From Candidatus Obscuribacterales bacterium (GTDB lineage Bacteria > Cyanobacteriota > Vampirovibrionia > Obscuribacterales > Obscuribacteraceae): a stretch of DNA of 64,000 nt. Of this stretch, positions 42,699-53,610 are shown piece by piece. The stretch spans positions 32,001 to 96,000 of the forward strand of contig CBDDIJ010000004.1 of the NCBI GenBank assembly GCA_965228855.1, given 5' to 3'. The position numbers and the translations under genes are program-made. How positions within the stretch are numbered: position 1 is the first letter of the stretch; each line of letters begins with the position of its first letter. Under the pieces are notes generated by a model that was given only the letters and a program-made list of their open reading frames with translations, did no database searches and was not told the DNA's origin.

Positions 42699-43742
42699 TC
42701 ATGCCGCCCGCTTCATATAGCGCAGCCGATCCTGGCGCACGAGCTGCTCCGCGATTGCTGCCCGAAGTGCGTTGAGGCCGAAGTGGCGGAGATCGTCGTT
42801 GAAGTCCTCGAGCTCGGGCGACAGCACGATCGCCTCGATCCCGGCCGCGCGTGCGCGTTCGGCGAGCCTGTCACGGGCGGAGTCGCCGGCCGGATCGTTG
42901 TCGCGGACGACATAGAGCCGGTGCAAGGTCGGCGGGAAGAGGATGGCGCCGAGATGGGCCGCGGAGAGCGCTGCCGCCATGGCCATGTCGGGCAAAGCGC
43001 ATCGGAGCGATAGCGTCGTTTCGATGCCTTCGCCGGCTGCCATGACGCTGGTTGGTACACCGAAGCGGACGGCGTGACCGAGGAGATCACCCATGGCGCG
43101 TCGTGGCGTGTCGAGGGGCGCCTTGCCGGCACCGTCAGGGTCGAGCCAGGTCCGGTGCGCGCCAGTCTGATGTCCGCTCAGATCGGTGACCGCGGCGATC
43201 ATGGCCGGCCAGGTCTCGGTCGGTCCGTGGTCCTCGGGCCGATAGTAGCAGCGCGGGTGGAAGCGAAGTGATCCGGTTCCGTGCAAAATCGCAATGCCGC
43301 GTCCCCGCAGATACGATTCCACGAGCGTGCCGGGGATCGGTTGCGACATGGCGAAGAGGCGCCGCGAGGCTTCCGGCGATCCGGTCGGGACCGTTGTCGC
43401 GCCGGGGCGCGAAGAGTGCCGTTGTGGCTCCTGTCGAGGCATGGCGAGAAAGCTCCGGGCCTCGTTGGCCACGGCCTTGAAGTCGATGAGACCGAGCGCA
43501 TCGCGAATGACATCGAGCAGGTCGCCATGCTCGCCGGTGGCTGCGTCGGTCCACTTGCCGGCCGGTCCCTTCGGCGAATCCCTGAGCCGGACGAACATCG
43601 AACGGCCCGATGCGTTGCGGACATCGCCGACCTGCCAGTAATTGCCGGAGCGACGTCCGTTGGAAAGATAGTGTCGGCACACCGCCTCGGCATGTTCGCC
43701 GAGACGGTGCGCGAGTTCGGCGGCATCGTGGCGCGGCATCAT
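42699..43742 (-). CDS. Toprim-domain primase-like protein
   Basis: AEAVCRHYLSNG, GKWTDAATGEHGDLLD, HRTWL, GEGIET.LS and VRDNDPAG. Confidence 0.88.
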   Translation of the reverse strand: MMPRHDAAELAHRLGEHAEAVCRHYLSNGRRSGNYWQVGDVRNASGRSMFVRLRDSPKGPAGKWTDAATGEHGDLLDVIRDALGLIDFKAVANEARSFLAMPRQEPQRHSSRPGATTVPTGSPEASRRLFAMSQPIPGTLVESYLRGRGIAILHGTGSLRFHPRCYYRPEDHGPTETWPAMIAAVTDLSGHQTGAHRTWLDPDGAGKAPLDTPRRAMGDLLGHAVRFGVPTSVMAAGEGIETTLSLRCALPDMAMAAALSAAHLGAILFPPTLHRLYVVRDNDPAGDSARDRLAERARAAGIEAIVLSPELEDFNDDLRHFGLNALRAAIAEQLVRQDRLRYMKRAA

Positions 43743-46700
43743 GCGGTCTCCCGATCGCTGACGCACGCGACCGGCCAGCGTCCGAGCACGCGGCCCAGCA
43801 CGGGGATGCCGGCGGCATCGGTCGGCACGAACATCCTGAGCTTCCACGAAATGATCTCGTGGAAGAGCCCGTAAGCGGTGAGCCGCTCGCGCATCGTGTC
43901 GGTGAAACCGGAGAGTTCGATGCGCCAGGCGCCCATGACGCGGACGCGTCGCAGTTGCAGTCCCTCGGCGAGATCAAGGATGGTGCGCCCGTCCACCAGT
44001 GCCGCAAACACCTGCTCGGGCGGGAGCGAGGGAACGCCGGTCGTCGTGGCATTGGCGGCCCAGGCCGGCGAGACGCGGCGGCCGATGATGCGCTCGCCGG
44101 CATCGGTCTGTAGCCGATAGACCCGCGTCGACTCGTTCGGCAGGCGCCGCCAGATCGGCAGCAGCAGGCCGGTCACCATATGCAGGACGCTGTCGGAGAA
44201 TTCCGGCACCTCGGCGATTTCGGCCTGCCATGCCGTCACAAACGCGTTGCGATCGGCCTCGGTCCAGCGGGTTTCACCCATCGTCTTGAGCGGCAGGTTC
44301 TGGGATTCCATCGGCCGGATCAGGCGGACCCGCCGTTCGATCTCGCCATCATCGAGCATGACGCTGGTGGTCGGGATCTGCACGGCGGCGCGGCCGGACT
44401 GCTCGTTCACGAGCAGCATGGCGCGCGGATGGCCGAGGTGGTCAAACGCCGCATCGAGCGTGACCGGCCGGTTGCGCTGACGCTCGGTGATGGTCAGCAG
44501 GCGGGTCTCGGCGCCGGTGCGCGGATGCGTATAGATCACCTCCCGGCCGGTGACGGCGAAGCTCTCGGCCCGGAGTGTTTCGAGCCCGGCGTCGTAGGTG
44601 CCTGACGCGATGGCGCCCTCGATCCGTGCGGCGAGCAGTTGCTCGAAGGCCTCGAACAGCACGCCCTGCAACTCGATGGTGAGCGCGAGCATGCGGTTGA
44701 GGAAGGTGGTGATCGGCGGCAGTTCGTCCTTGATGCCGGTGTCGTCCATGAGCTTGAGACCGGTGGCGGACTCGAAGCGTTCGAGCGAACAGCCTTCGAC
44801 CTTGCCGCGGACGATGACCATGTAGAGCTGGCGCAGCGCGTCGCGAGCATAGTGGCTTTCGAGATTGTCCTCGGGGCGAAATAGCCCCTGGCCCCCGGTC
44901 TGGCGCTGCCCGCGGGTGATGGCGCCCAGCGTGTCGAGGCGACGCGCGATGGTCGACAGGAAGCGCTTCTCGGCCTTCACATTGGTCGAGATGGGACGGA
45001 ACAGCGGCTGCTGAGCCTGGTTGGTCCGGTGCGTGCGGCCGAGGCCCTGGATGGCGGTGTCAGCCTTCCAGCCGGCCTCGAGCAGATAGTGCACGCGCAG
45101 CCGCCTGTTCCGGGCGGAAAGCTCGGCGTGGTAGCTGCGTCCCGTGCCGCCGGCGTCGCTGAAGACAAGAACGCGCTTGTGGTCATCCATGAAGGCCTGT
45201 GTTTCGGCGAGGTTGGCCGATCCCGCGCGGGTCTCGACCACGAGGCGGTCGCCGCCAGGGGCTGATCCGGGCTTGCGCACGATGCGCCGCGACCGGCCGG
45301 TCACCTCGGCGATGATGTCAGTGCCAAAATGCTGGACGATCTGATCCAGCGCCCCAGGCACGGGCGGCAGGCTGGCGAGCCTTGCGATCAGGTCGTCGCG
45401 GCGGGCAACGGCCTCGCGACTCTCGATCGGCTGGCCGTCGCGATAGACCGGGCGCGACGACAGATTGCCCTCCGAGTTTGTGAACGGCTCGTAGAGCTGG
45501 ACCGGGAAGGAATGGGCGAGATAGTCGAGGACATATTCGCGCGGCGTAATGTCGACGCGAACGTCGTTCCATTCCTCGGTCGGCAACTCACTGAGACGCC
45601 GTTCCATCAGCGCCTCGCCGGTCGATACGATCTGGATGACGGCCGAATGGCCATCGGCCAGGTCGCGGGTGATCGAGCGGATCAGGGTCGGCGTCTTCAT
45701 CGAGGTGAGCAGGTGCCCGAAGAAGCGCTGCTTGGCGCTTTCGAAGGCCGAGCGGGCGGCCGACTTGGCCTGTGCGTTCAGCGTGACGGAATTGCCGGTG
45801 ATGTTGGCCGCCTGCATCGCCGCGTCGAGGTTGTTATGGATGATGGCAAAGGCGCCCGCATAGGCGTCGTAGATCCGGACCTGCTCGGGCGACAGTTCGT
45901 GCTCGACCAGTTCGTATTCGACGCCGGCGAAGGAGAGCGAGCGGGCGGTGTAGAGGCCGAGCGCCCGCAGGTCTCGGGCGAGCACCTCCATCGCTGCGAC
46001 GCCGCCGGATTCGATCGCCTCGACGAATTCGGCGCGGGTCGAGAAGGGAAAATGCTCGCCGCCCCAGAGGCCCAGCCGCTGGGCGTAGGCGAGATTGTGG
46101 ACGGTGGTGGCGCCGGTCGCCGAGACATAGAGGATGCGCGCGTTCGGCAAAGCGTGCTGCAGCCGGAGCCCTGCGCGGCCCTGCTGGGAGGCGGCGACAT
46201 CGCCCCGTTCGCCCTTGACGCCAACGGCATTCTGCATGGCATGGCTCTCGTCGAACACGATCACGCCGTCGAAATCGGCGCCCAACCAATCGACGATCTG
46301 CCGGACCCGCGAAACCTTGTCGCCGCGGTCGTCGGAGCGCAGCGTGGCATAGGTGGTGAATAGGACGCCTTCGGGGAGCGTGATCGGCTTGCCCTGCGGG
46401 AAGCGCGAGAGCGGCGTAACCAGCAGCCGCTCCATGCCGAGGGCCGACCAGTCGCGCTGGGCGTCCTCGATCAGCTTGTCGGACTTCGAGATCCAGAGCG
46501 CCTTGCGGCGCCCCTGCAGCCAATGATCGAGGATGATGGCCGCCGATTCACGGCCCTTGCCGACGCCGGTGCCGTCACCGATCATGAAGCCCTGGCGGAA
46601 GCGGACGGCACCCGCGGCCTCATCCGGCGCGGCGCTGACGACATCGAAGGTGTCGTCTACCGCCCAGGCGCCGGCGAGGAATTCCGAATGGGCTTCGCCG

Positions 46701-48086
46701 GCATAGATCACTGTCTCGAGCTGGGCGTCGGACAGCAGGTCGAGGACATTGTGCGGCAGGCGCGGCCGGTAGCTCGGCCGGGGTGGCGTGACGCTCGCCA
46801 TCGCAGCCGATTGCACGAGTTGGGTCGGGTGCGCCTGAGAGCCGGGAATACGGATCGCCTGAAGTCCGTAGGCCTCATAGATGGCATCGCTGATGCTGGC
46901 GTCCCTCGGCCGGCTGCGCGTCGACAATCTCATAGGTGAGCTCGATGCCCTCGGGCTCGGCGAGCGCGGCCCGCGGCGCGGCTCGCGTGGCACGGGCGAC
47001 ATAGCCCCGGACCGTCCGCGGCGCGGCAGGAGTCGAGGTGTTGGCCGACATCTCCGGGAGCGCGACCGGCAGGCGCGCCGGGACCTGCGCGCCGACCCAG
47101 GCCAGCAGCGTGGCGGCATCGGGCGCGACGCCGGGCGTTGTCGGGAAGACGGCGGGATCGTCGGCCGGCAGCTTGTCGATGACGGTGAGCCGCGTGTCGA
47201 TCGTCGTGCCGTGTCTGGCATAGACCGCGCCGTCGATCGCGGCCGAGAACACGACGCTGCCACGCTCCTGCAGGCGCGAAAATGCCGGCGCCCAGGCCGG
47301 ATTGTCGGGCGCGAAGCTGGCGCCCGTGATGGTCACGAGGCGGCCCCCCGGCGCCAGGCGCGCCAGCGCCGAGGTGACATGGCGGACCACCGCGTCTGCG
47401 ACGCGGCCCTCGACATTGGCCATCACCGAGAACGGGGGGTTCATCAGCACGACGCTCGGCACGGCGCCTGGGTCGAGATGATCGTCGATCTGGGCGGCAT
47501 CGAAGCGGGTGACGGACACGGCCGGAAAGAGGGAGGAGAGAAGACCGGCGCGTATGTCGGCGAGTTCGTTGAGCAGCAGCGTGCCGCCGGAGATCTCGGC
47601 GAGGATGGCGAGCAGGCCCGTGCCGGCGGAAGGTTCGAGCACGCGGTCGGCCGGCGTGATGGCGGCGGCGGTTGCGGCGACGAGGCCGAGCGGGATCGGC
47701 GTCGAGAACTGCTGGAAGGCCTGCGACTCTTCGGAGCGGCGCGTATGCGTCGGCAGCAGGCTCGCGATCGTCGACAGAGCGGAAAGCCGCAAAGCCGGAG
47801 ACGCGGCTTTGCGGAACAGCGCCTTTCCGTATTTGCGCAGGAACAGGAGGGTGGCCGCCTCGCAGGCCTCGTAGGCCTGCTTCCAGTCCCAGGCGCCGAC
47901 GGCATCGGAGGCGCCGAAGGCGACCTCCATGCTGGCGCGCAGGATCGGCGCGTCGATCCGCTCACCGCGCTCGAGATGGGGCAGGAGAAGAGTCGCGGCG
48001 GCGAACACCGCGGCGGCGGTGTCGGGTCTGGCGAGCGGAAGCGGCGCGGCGGCAAACGCTGCCGCGGATGCGGAGGTCGGGGTCAT
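43739..48086 (-). CDS. Fused DNA methyltransferase / strawberry-notch (SF2) helicase with one apparent frameshift near 46900
   Basis: N-terminal QQFSTP, VLEPSAGTG and MNPPF; C-terminal GDGTGVGKGR, FDESH, SATGAT and QGLGRTHR. The frame switches at GAG-GGA-C-GCC. Confidence 0.9.
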
Positions 48087-48262
48087 GATGGGATCCTCGG
48101 AGAGCAGCAGGAAATCGAGCCGCGCGCAGCGCTCTCTCTGGACCGGAGCGGCTCGAACCCGTCCCGGCCAGCCTCTCCCTCTCGGTCATCCCCTGGACCT
48201 GACATGAAACAAGCGCCCGGCCGCAGCACGGGCGCTTGAGGAGGATCAGTGACGGTAATTTC

Positions 48263-48523
48263 CTATTCGGCCGCCTCGGCAGCGGGCAGGAAGCCGTTCG
48301 GGTCGGCGGGATCGGGCGGCCGATAGGTGTCGAAGGGATTGCCCTCGGCCAGATGCCCGAACGGTGTGAACGTGTAGTCCGCGCCGTCGCGACCGACGGC
48401 ACAGATCACGTAGCGCGGCTGCGCCGTTTCGGCGTCGAGGCACTCCATCAGTGTCAGATTGCCATCGTCGGCGGCGCGGAGCAGCGTCTGGAAATTGGCG
48501 CGGACAAACTCGGGAATGCTCAT
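48263..48523 (-). CDS. Small conserved ICE protein (DUF6117-like)
   Basis: MSIPEFVRANFQTLLRAA.DG.L.LMECLDA.T..PRYVICAV...TPFGHL..GNPF. Confidence 0.7.
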   Translation of the reverse strand: MSIPEFVRANFQTLLRAADDGNLTLMECLDAETAQPRYVICAVGRDGADYTFTPFGHLAEGNPFDTYRPPDPADPNGFLPAAEAAE

Positions 48524-48945
48524 GACACGCCCCTCGCGCTGCCCGGTTCGTCCGGCCCGCGTGCGCCATCGAGGACGGCTTCGGCGAGTTGCGCCGCCCA
48601 TTTTGCCTTGGCGGTCCATTCAGGGGCCGTCGTTCGACCCGCTTCGGAATCGGCGAGGAGGATCTTGAGCAGGCCGAGCAGGACTTCGAAGTGCCGCGCC
48701 TGGCGTTGCAGCGTTTCCTCAAACTGCGGGGCGACTTGTACTGCGCGACCACGGTGAGCGGCATCGGCGCCTTGCCAGATGCCGGTCACGAAGGTCTTGC
48801 CAGCGGACTCGCAATCCTCTTTCTGTTGCGACCAGTCCTTGTCCTCGATGGCGAGACGGCAGGCCGCTTCGGGCGTCTCGGCCGTATAGGTGCGGTGCCG
48901 GTAGACCGGCAGGTGATACGTCGTTTCAACGGTGAATTCGGGCAT
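48520..48945 (-). CDS. Hypothetical protein
   Basis: MPEFTVETTYHLPVYRHRTY; RBS upstream and ATGA coupling to the next gene. Confidence 0.7.
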   Translation of the reverse strand: MPEFTVETTYHLPVYRHRTYTAETPEAACRLAIEDKDWSQQKEDCESAGKTFVTGIWQGADAAHRGRAVQVAPQFEETLQRQARHFEVLLGLLKILLADSEAGRTTAPEWTAKAKWAAQLAEAVLDGARGPDEPGSARGVS

Positions 48946-49068
48946 GATCGGTCTCCGCAAAGCGAACTGCCCGGCGCTCGTTCAGGAGCCCGGGCAGGTT
49001 CGCCTCGTTCGTGGGGATGATTGAGAGTGGCGGTCGTTCCGCCGTGAAAGGCGGTGGGCTCGCCGGTG

Positions 49069-49545
49069 TCAGGCTGCGGCGCGTCCCTCGACGGCATCAG
49101 CGCTGAGTTCGTCGGCGGTCACCTCGTCGATGCGGGCCTGGTGATGGCGGTTTCGCGCCAGCCACAACTCGGCCGCCTCGCGGCTTTCGGCGAGATGCAG
49201 CAGTTCTTCACCGTCGCCGACGGATTGCAGCACGCGGACTTGGCCAATGCGGGGACGTTCGATGACGCGGAACCTCAGATCGCTGTTGATCCCGTAGGTG
49301 CGCATCACCGAGACGAGGATGATGCCATTCTGGCCGAACGTCCCCTCATGCAGGGTGAAGCAGGGCGGGGACGTGTAGGTGGGGCGTTCGCGCGCCGGCT
49401 CCTTGCGAACCAGCCGGCCGGTGCCGTTGCGGCGCTCCCAGGCCGCGAGCTTTTTGGTGAAGCGCGCCGACGGTCGAGGCGCGCCGTCCGAATAGGCGAC
49501 CAGCGCGCCGAGCGGGGCGATGTCGAAGATCAAAGAGGCAGACAT
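49069..49545 (-). CDS. Hypothetical protein
   Basis: MSASLIFDIAPLGALVAYSDGAPRP; RBS AGGAGAG and co-oriented with the operon. Confidence 0.7.
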   Translation of the reverse strand: MSASLIFDIAPLGALVAYSDGAPRPSARFTKKLAAWERRNGTGRLVRKEPARERPTYTSPPCFTLHEGTFGQNGIILVSVMRTYGINSDLRFRVIERPRIGQVRVLQSVGDGEELLHLAESREAAELWLARNRHHQARIDEVTADELSADAVEGRAAA

Positions 49546-49629
49546 TGCAATCTCTCCTGAAACGGAAAGGCCCGGCAGAGCGCCGGGCCATGAGGATGAA
49601 GTGAGGGTGACCCGTCTGTTGGGGGGCTG

Positions 49630-51762
49630 CTACTCGGCAGCGATCGGCTGCACCGGCTCGTCGGTGTCGGCCCCGACAGGATCTTCCTCGCCGGCGAGGA
49701 AGGCCGGCAGCGCCGCGCGGTCGTCGTCATCCATGTCCTGCTGAACGCCGGCGGGTTCGTCACCGGCGAGGCGCAGCGGCTCGGGCAGCCAGCCGCTATC
49801 GGCAAGCAGCCGCTCCGCCTCCTTGGCCATCTCGCCCTTCTTGAGATGGTCGATCAGTTGCGCCGCGCGTTCGCCGGCACCCTCGCGCACCGCTTCGAGG
49901 ATGCGGGACTTGGTGACGCGGCCGAGATAGTTGGCGACGGTCGGCCGCCAGCCGGCGTCGACCATGTCCAATCCGGTCACTCGGGCCAGTCGGGCAGCCT
50001 CGCGCAGGCGCTGCTCGAGCCCCTGCTGGCTGACGCCGGAGCCGTAGGGGTTGATGCGCTCGTAAAGCGCATTGATCCCGAAACTGACGCAATGCGCCAG
50101 AAGCGCCAGCCGGCTGGCCTCGTCGAGGGCATCGAGCCACGTCCACAGCGCCTCGTCGTCGCCGAAGGGAATGTCCGCCTTCCAGGCCTCCTGCCGGTCG
50201 GCGACAGCCCTGGCGTCCGAACTGTCCTTGAGCTCGGCGTCCTGCGCGGTGAAGTAAACATGGCGGACGGAGGCTTCGAGACAGCCGATCGAGGAGCGCT
50301 GACCGAAGGTGTCGAGCACCAGCCGATGGAGCAGCGCCGTCATGGCGATGTGCGGGTTGCCGGCGACGGCATTACGCAGGGCCAGTGTGCGATGTGCGGT
50401 GAGGTCGATGACCAGCCGCTCCGGCAGCGGCTTGATGGCGTCGCTGTCCTCCTCCTCGTCGGGCTCCGACGCCTGCGCGCCGATGGTGATCGTGGTCCGC
50501 CGAACCGCGGGATCGCCGCCATCACCCTCGGGCACATCATCCGGCTGGTCGGCGTCGCCGCCGACCGGTTCGGGGGCCTCGTCCTCGGGCCGGACATAGC
50601 CGCGATCAACGACCAGATCGCCGTCGCGATCGATGCTGACGAACGCGCCGGCGCTGGTAATCTCGGCCGGCTCGTAGATCATCGGACGGTTCTCGAACTG
50701 CTCGAGCGCCTGCTCGATCTCGCCGAACCGCTGATCGACCTCATCGGGCAGTTCGTCGGCCTCGCCATACTGCGCCGCGATCTGATCATACTCGCTTCGC
50801 AGCGCTGTTCTGCTGGCCTGCTCCTCGTCGCTGAGATCGGCGAAGGTGCCGGTCAGGGAGCGCAGGCCGTGCTCATGGCCATAGGGCAGGTCGACGTCGA
50901 CGACGATCCACTTCCACCCTTCGGCGGCGATCGCGTCGGCACTGGCGCGCAGCTTCTCGCCGACGAGACGATCGAGCAGCGCCGGATCCTGCAGCCAGCC
51001 GCCATTGTCGACCTCGAACAGATCGCGCAGCACGACACCGCCGGCGGCGACATAGGCGTCGACCCCGACGAACAAGGCTCGACGGTCACTGGCCCGGATC
51101 GCCGTCTCGGTTAGCATGCGCCGGATCTGATGCGGCTCCTGTGACCAGGAATTCTGGAGCGCCTCCCAGACCTGTTCCTGGCGCGAATGATCGTCGGTCA
51201 CGGTGAAGGCCATGAGCTGGTCGAGCTTCATGCCATCCTGCTCATAGATGTCGAGCAGCTTGGACGAGACCTTGGCGAGACGCAGCCGCTGCTGCACGAA
51301 GGTGGCCGACACGAAGAAGCGTGCCGCGATCTCCTCGTGCGTCGCGCCCTGGTCGTGGAGCGTCTGGAAGGCCCGGAACATGTCGAGGGGATGCAGGTCC
51401 TCGCGCTGGAAATTCTCCGCGAGCGAGTCTTCCTCGATCGGCACGACGCTGTTGGCATCCGAGACGACGCAGGGGACCGTTTCGGTCCTGGCCATGCGCT
51501 TTTGCTTGACCAGCAGTTCGAGCGCGCGGTAGCGGCGCCCGCCGGCGGGCACCTCGAACATGCCGGTCTCGTTGCGCTCGCCATCGAGCACGGGCCGGAC
51601 GTTGAGGCTCTGGAGGAGCCCCCGCCGCGCAATGGACGCGGCGAGATCCTCGATCGACTGTCCGTTCTTGATGCGCCGGACATTGGCTTGGCTGAGCATC
51701 AGCTTGTTGAAGGGGATGTCGCGCGAGGCGTTGAGTGTGATCTTCTGCTTGGCGGTTGCCAT
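49630..51762 (-). CDS. parB: Long ParB/Srx-domain protein of the ICE leading region
   Basis: IPFNKL.LSQANVRR, GLLQSL.VRP, AGGRRYRAL, SLAENFQREDLHP and an HTH. Confidence 0.92.
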   Translation of the reverse strand: MATAKQKITLNASRDIPFNKLMLSQANVRRIKNGQSIEDLAASIARRGLLQSLNVRPVLDGERNETGMFEVPAGGRRYRALELLVKQKRMARTETVPCVVSDANSVVPIEEDSLAENFQREDLHPLDMFRAFQTLHDQGATHEEIAARFFVSATFVQQRLRLAKVSSKLLDIYEQDGMKLDQLMAFTVTDDHSRQEQVWEALQNSWSQEPHQIRRMLTETAIRASDRRALFVGVDAYVAAGGVVLRDLFEVDNGGWLQDPALLDRLVGEKLRASADAIAAEGWKWIVVDVDLPYGHEHGLRSLTGTFADLSDEEQASRTALRSEYDQIAAQYGEADELPDEVDQRFGEIEQALEQFENRPMIYEPAEITSAGAFVSIDRDGDLVVDRGYVRPEDEAPEPVGGDADQPDDVPEGDGGDPAVRRTTITIGAQASEPDEEEDSDAIKPLPERLVIDLTAHRTLALRNAVAGNPHIAMTALLHRLVLDTFGQRSSIGCLEASVRHVYFTAQDAELKDSSDARAVADRQEAWKADIPFGDDEALWTWLDALDEASRLALLAHCVSFGINALYERINPYGSGVSQQGLEQRLREAARLARVTGLDMVDAGWRPTVANYLGRVTKSRILEAVREGAGERAAQLIDHLKKGEMAKEAERLLADSGWLPEPLRLAGDEPAGVQQDMDDDDRAALPAFLAGEEDPVGADTDEPVQPIAAE

Positions 51763-51769
51763 GATCGTG

Positions 51770-51843
51770 TCTCCGCGACGGGCAGCCGGGAACTCCTCTC
51801 GACCTCCAACCCGTCACGAAGAGCGGCGCCGCCCTCTCACTCT
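51770..51843 (-). promoter_or_regulatory. Conserved structured 5' leader of parB (copy 1)
   Basis: TCTCCGCGACGGG / CAACCCGTCACG / CTCTCACTCT, with the same spacing as at 53399-53472. Confidence 0.65.
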
Positions 51844-51944
51844 GAGGACGGCGCCGCATGCCCGGCGTTCGGGTGACTGGAAGCCACCACCCCGGGAGCC
51901 GCGTGCGGAGAACACCGGGCACCGCGGGGGGGGCCGACAAGCAA

Positions 51945-52433
51945 CTAGATTTCGCCTCGGGCACGCAGACTGACCTCCCGTCCGATACCGACGATGATGT
52001 GGTCATGCAGCGTCACGCCCAGAACCTTGCAGCTCTTCTGGATTTCCCTGGTCATCGCAATGTCGGCCAGCGATGGTTCAGGATCACCGGCAGGATGGTT
52101 GTGAACGATGATCAGCGCGGTCGCGTTGAGAGCCAGAGCCCGCCTGAGAATTTCCCGGGGGTAGACCGGCACGTGATCGACCGTGCCTACGGAGAGGCAC
52201 TCATCCGAGATGAGCCGGTTCTTCCGGTTGAGATACAGGACATGAAATCGCTCCACTTCGCCGCGGATCGTGAGAGCGCAATAGTCCAGCACCGCCTGCC
52301 AGGATGACAGGACGGGATTCTGGTTGAGGCAGCGCAGCAGGATCTGGCGCGCCTCATAGATGACGACCTGTTCCTTGGCCGAGAGCAGTACCGACTGTGG
52401 CTCCGCTTCGAGTGTCCTCTGATGTCGTGTCAT
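51945..52433 (-). CDS. radC: RadC-like JAB/MPN domain protein
   Basis: ERFHVLYL..KNRLI, GTVDHVPVYPREI, HNHPAGDPEPSLAD and LHDHIIVG. Confidence 0.93.
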   Translation of the reverse strand: MTRHQRTLEAEPQSVLLSAKEQVVIYEARQILLRCLNQNPVLSSWQAVLDYCALTIRGEVERFHVLYLNRKNRLISDECLSVGTVDHVPVYPREILRRALALNATALIIVHNHPAGDPEPSLADIAMTREIQKSCKVLGVTLHDHIIVGIGREVSLRARGEI

Positions 52434-53392
52434 GCCGCCCTCCTGTCGATCCCGTTCTCGCCGCCATCAATTGCCGCGCCGGCATCGGGCAGGAAGCCGA
52501 GGAGCCAGTCCGCTGCCTTGCTGGCCTGCGAGGCGGCGCGGACGATGGCACGATTGTCCTCGCGCAGCACCTCGAGCCAGGAGGCGAGGTAGTCGGTATG
52601 ACGCACGGTCGGCACGATACCGAGCGCGGCGCAGCAGAAGGCCGCGTTCATCTCGGCGACCAATTCCTCGAAGGCATATTTTTTGGTCCCGAACGAACCG
52701 CCGAGATCGCGGCCGAGCCGCGAGGCATGGCCGGTGGCATGCCCGAGTTCGTGCAGCGCCGTGCGGTGCCAGTTGATCGGCTCGTAATAGGCGGCCGGCG
52801 GCGGCACCACGACATAGTCATGCGCCGGCACGTAGAAAGCGCGGTCGCCACCGATGCGGAAGTCGACGCCGGTCGCCTTGATCAGCGCCTCGACGGTCGG
52901 CTCGATCATGCCCGGCAGAGGCGGCGGCACCACGATGGCGATGTCCTCCGGCAGGCCCTCGCACTGGGCCACGTTGAACACGGTGAAGCGCTTGAGGAAC
53001 GGGATGGCCTGGGCGTCTTCGCCCGTGTCGCGAGCGCGCTGTTTCTCGTCCTCGGGCACGAAGCGGTCGGCATAGACCACGGTCGTGCCGTGTTCGCCCT
53101 TGCGGACATTGCCGCCGAAGGAGAGCGCCTGCCGGAAGGTGAGCCAGCCCTGACCCGAAAAGCCGTGCTGGACCACAGCACCCCATAGGATCAGGATGTT
53201 GATGCCTGAATAGGTGCGGCCCGTGCTGGCATTCTTTGGCAGACCGAGCGGCGCCACGGCGGCAGACGTGCCCCAGGGCTGCACCCAGGGGAAGCGGCCG
53301 GCTTCGAGCTCTGCGATGATCTTGCCGGTGATGTCGTCATAGAGGTTCGCCCGGTCGGCGCCGGCGCGCGCATGGCGTTGAAGTTTGGACAT
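52430..53392 (-). CDS. ardC: Antirestriction protein ArdC (ssDNA-binding domain plus zincin-like metallopeptidase)
   Basis: LYDDIT.KII.ELEAG.FPWVQPW, YSGINILILW, WLTFRQA, LHELGHATGH and YAFEELVAE. Confidence 0.93.
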   Translation of the reverse strand: MSKLQRHARAGADRANLYDDITGKIIAELEAGRFPWVQPWGTSAAVAPLGLPKNASTGRTYSGINILILWGAVVQHGFSGQGWLTFRQALSFGGNVRKGEHGTTVVYADRFVPEDEKQRARDTGEDAQAIPFLKRFTVFNVAQCEGLPEDIAIVVPPPLPGMIEPTVEALIKATGVDFRIGGDRAFYVPAHDYVVVPPPAAYYEPINWHRTALHELGHATGHASRLGRDLGGSFGTKKYAFEELVAEMNAAFCCAALGIVPTVRHTDYLASWLEVLREDNRAIVRAASQASKAADWLLGFLPDAGAAIDGGENGIDRRAA

Positions 53393-53398
53393 CGCGGT

Positions 53399-53472
53399 TC
53401 TCCGCGACGGGCGCCGGAAGCTCTCCTCCGGCTTGCAACCCGTCACGGCAAACCCGTCCGCACTCTCACTCT
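53399..53472 (-). promoter_or_regulatory. Conserved structured 5' leader of ardC (copy 2)
   Basis: Same three sequence blocks and offsets (+37, +64) as upstream of parB. Confidence 0.65.
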
Positions 53473-53610
53473 TAGGGGGGCGTTGCGGGGTCTCCCCGCA
53501 GAAGGGGGTGCGTCGGCAACGAGAGTGCCGACCAGGGGGAAGGCTTTCCCCCGATCCGCTCCTCGATCCACATCAACGGCCGGCGAGACGTTAAGCGGCT
53601 GCAAACCGCT

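Larger units (their letters stand above)
23028..53500 (-). mobile_element. Tn4371/ICEMlSym-related alphaproteobacterial ICE backbone (partial; integrase, att sites and trbLFGI are not in the window)
   Basis: Typical gene order ardC-radC-parB-methylase/helicase-toprim-DUF2493-DUF736-XRE-qseM-fseA-rdfS-repA-parA-DUF2840-traF-DUF736-SLT-relaxase-traG-trbBCDEJ. Confidence 0.9.
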
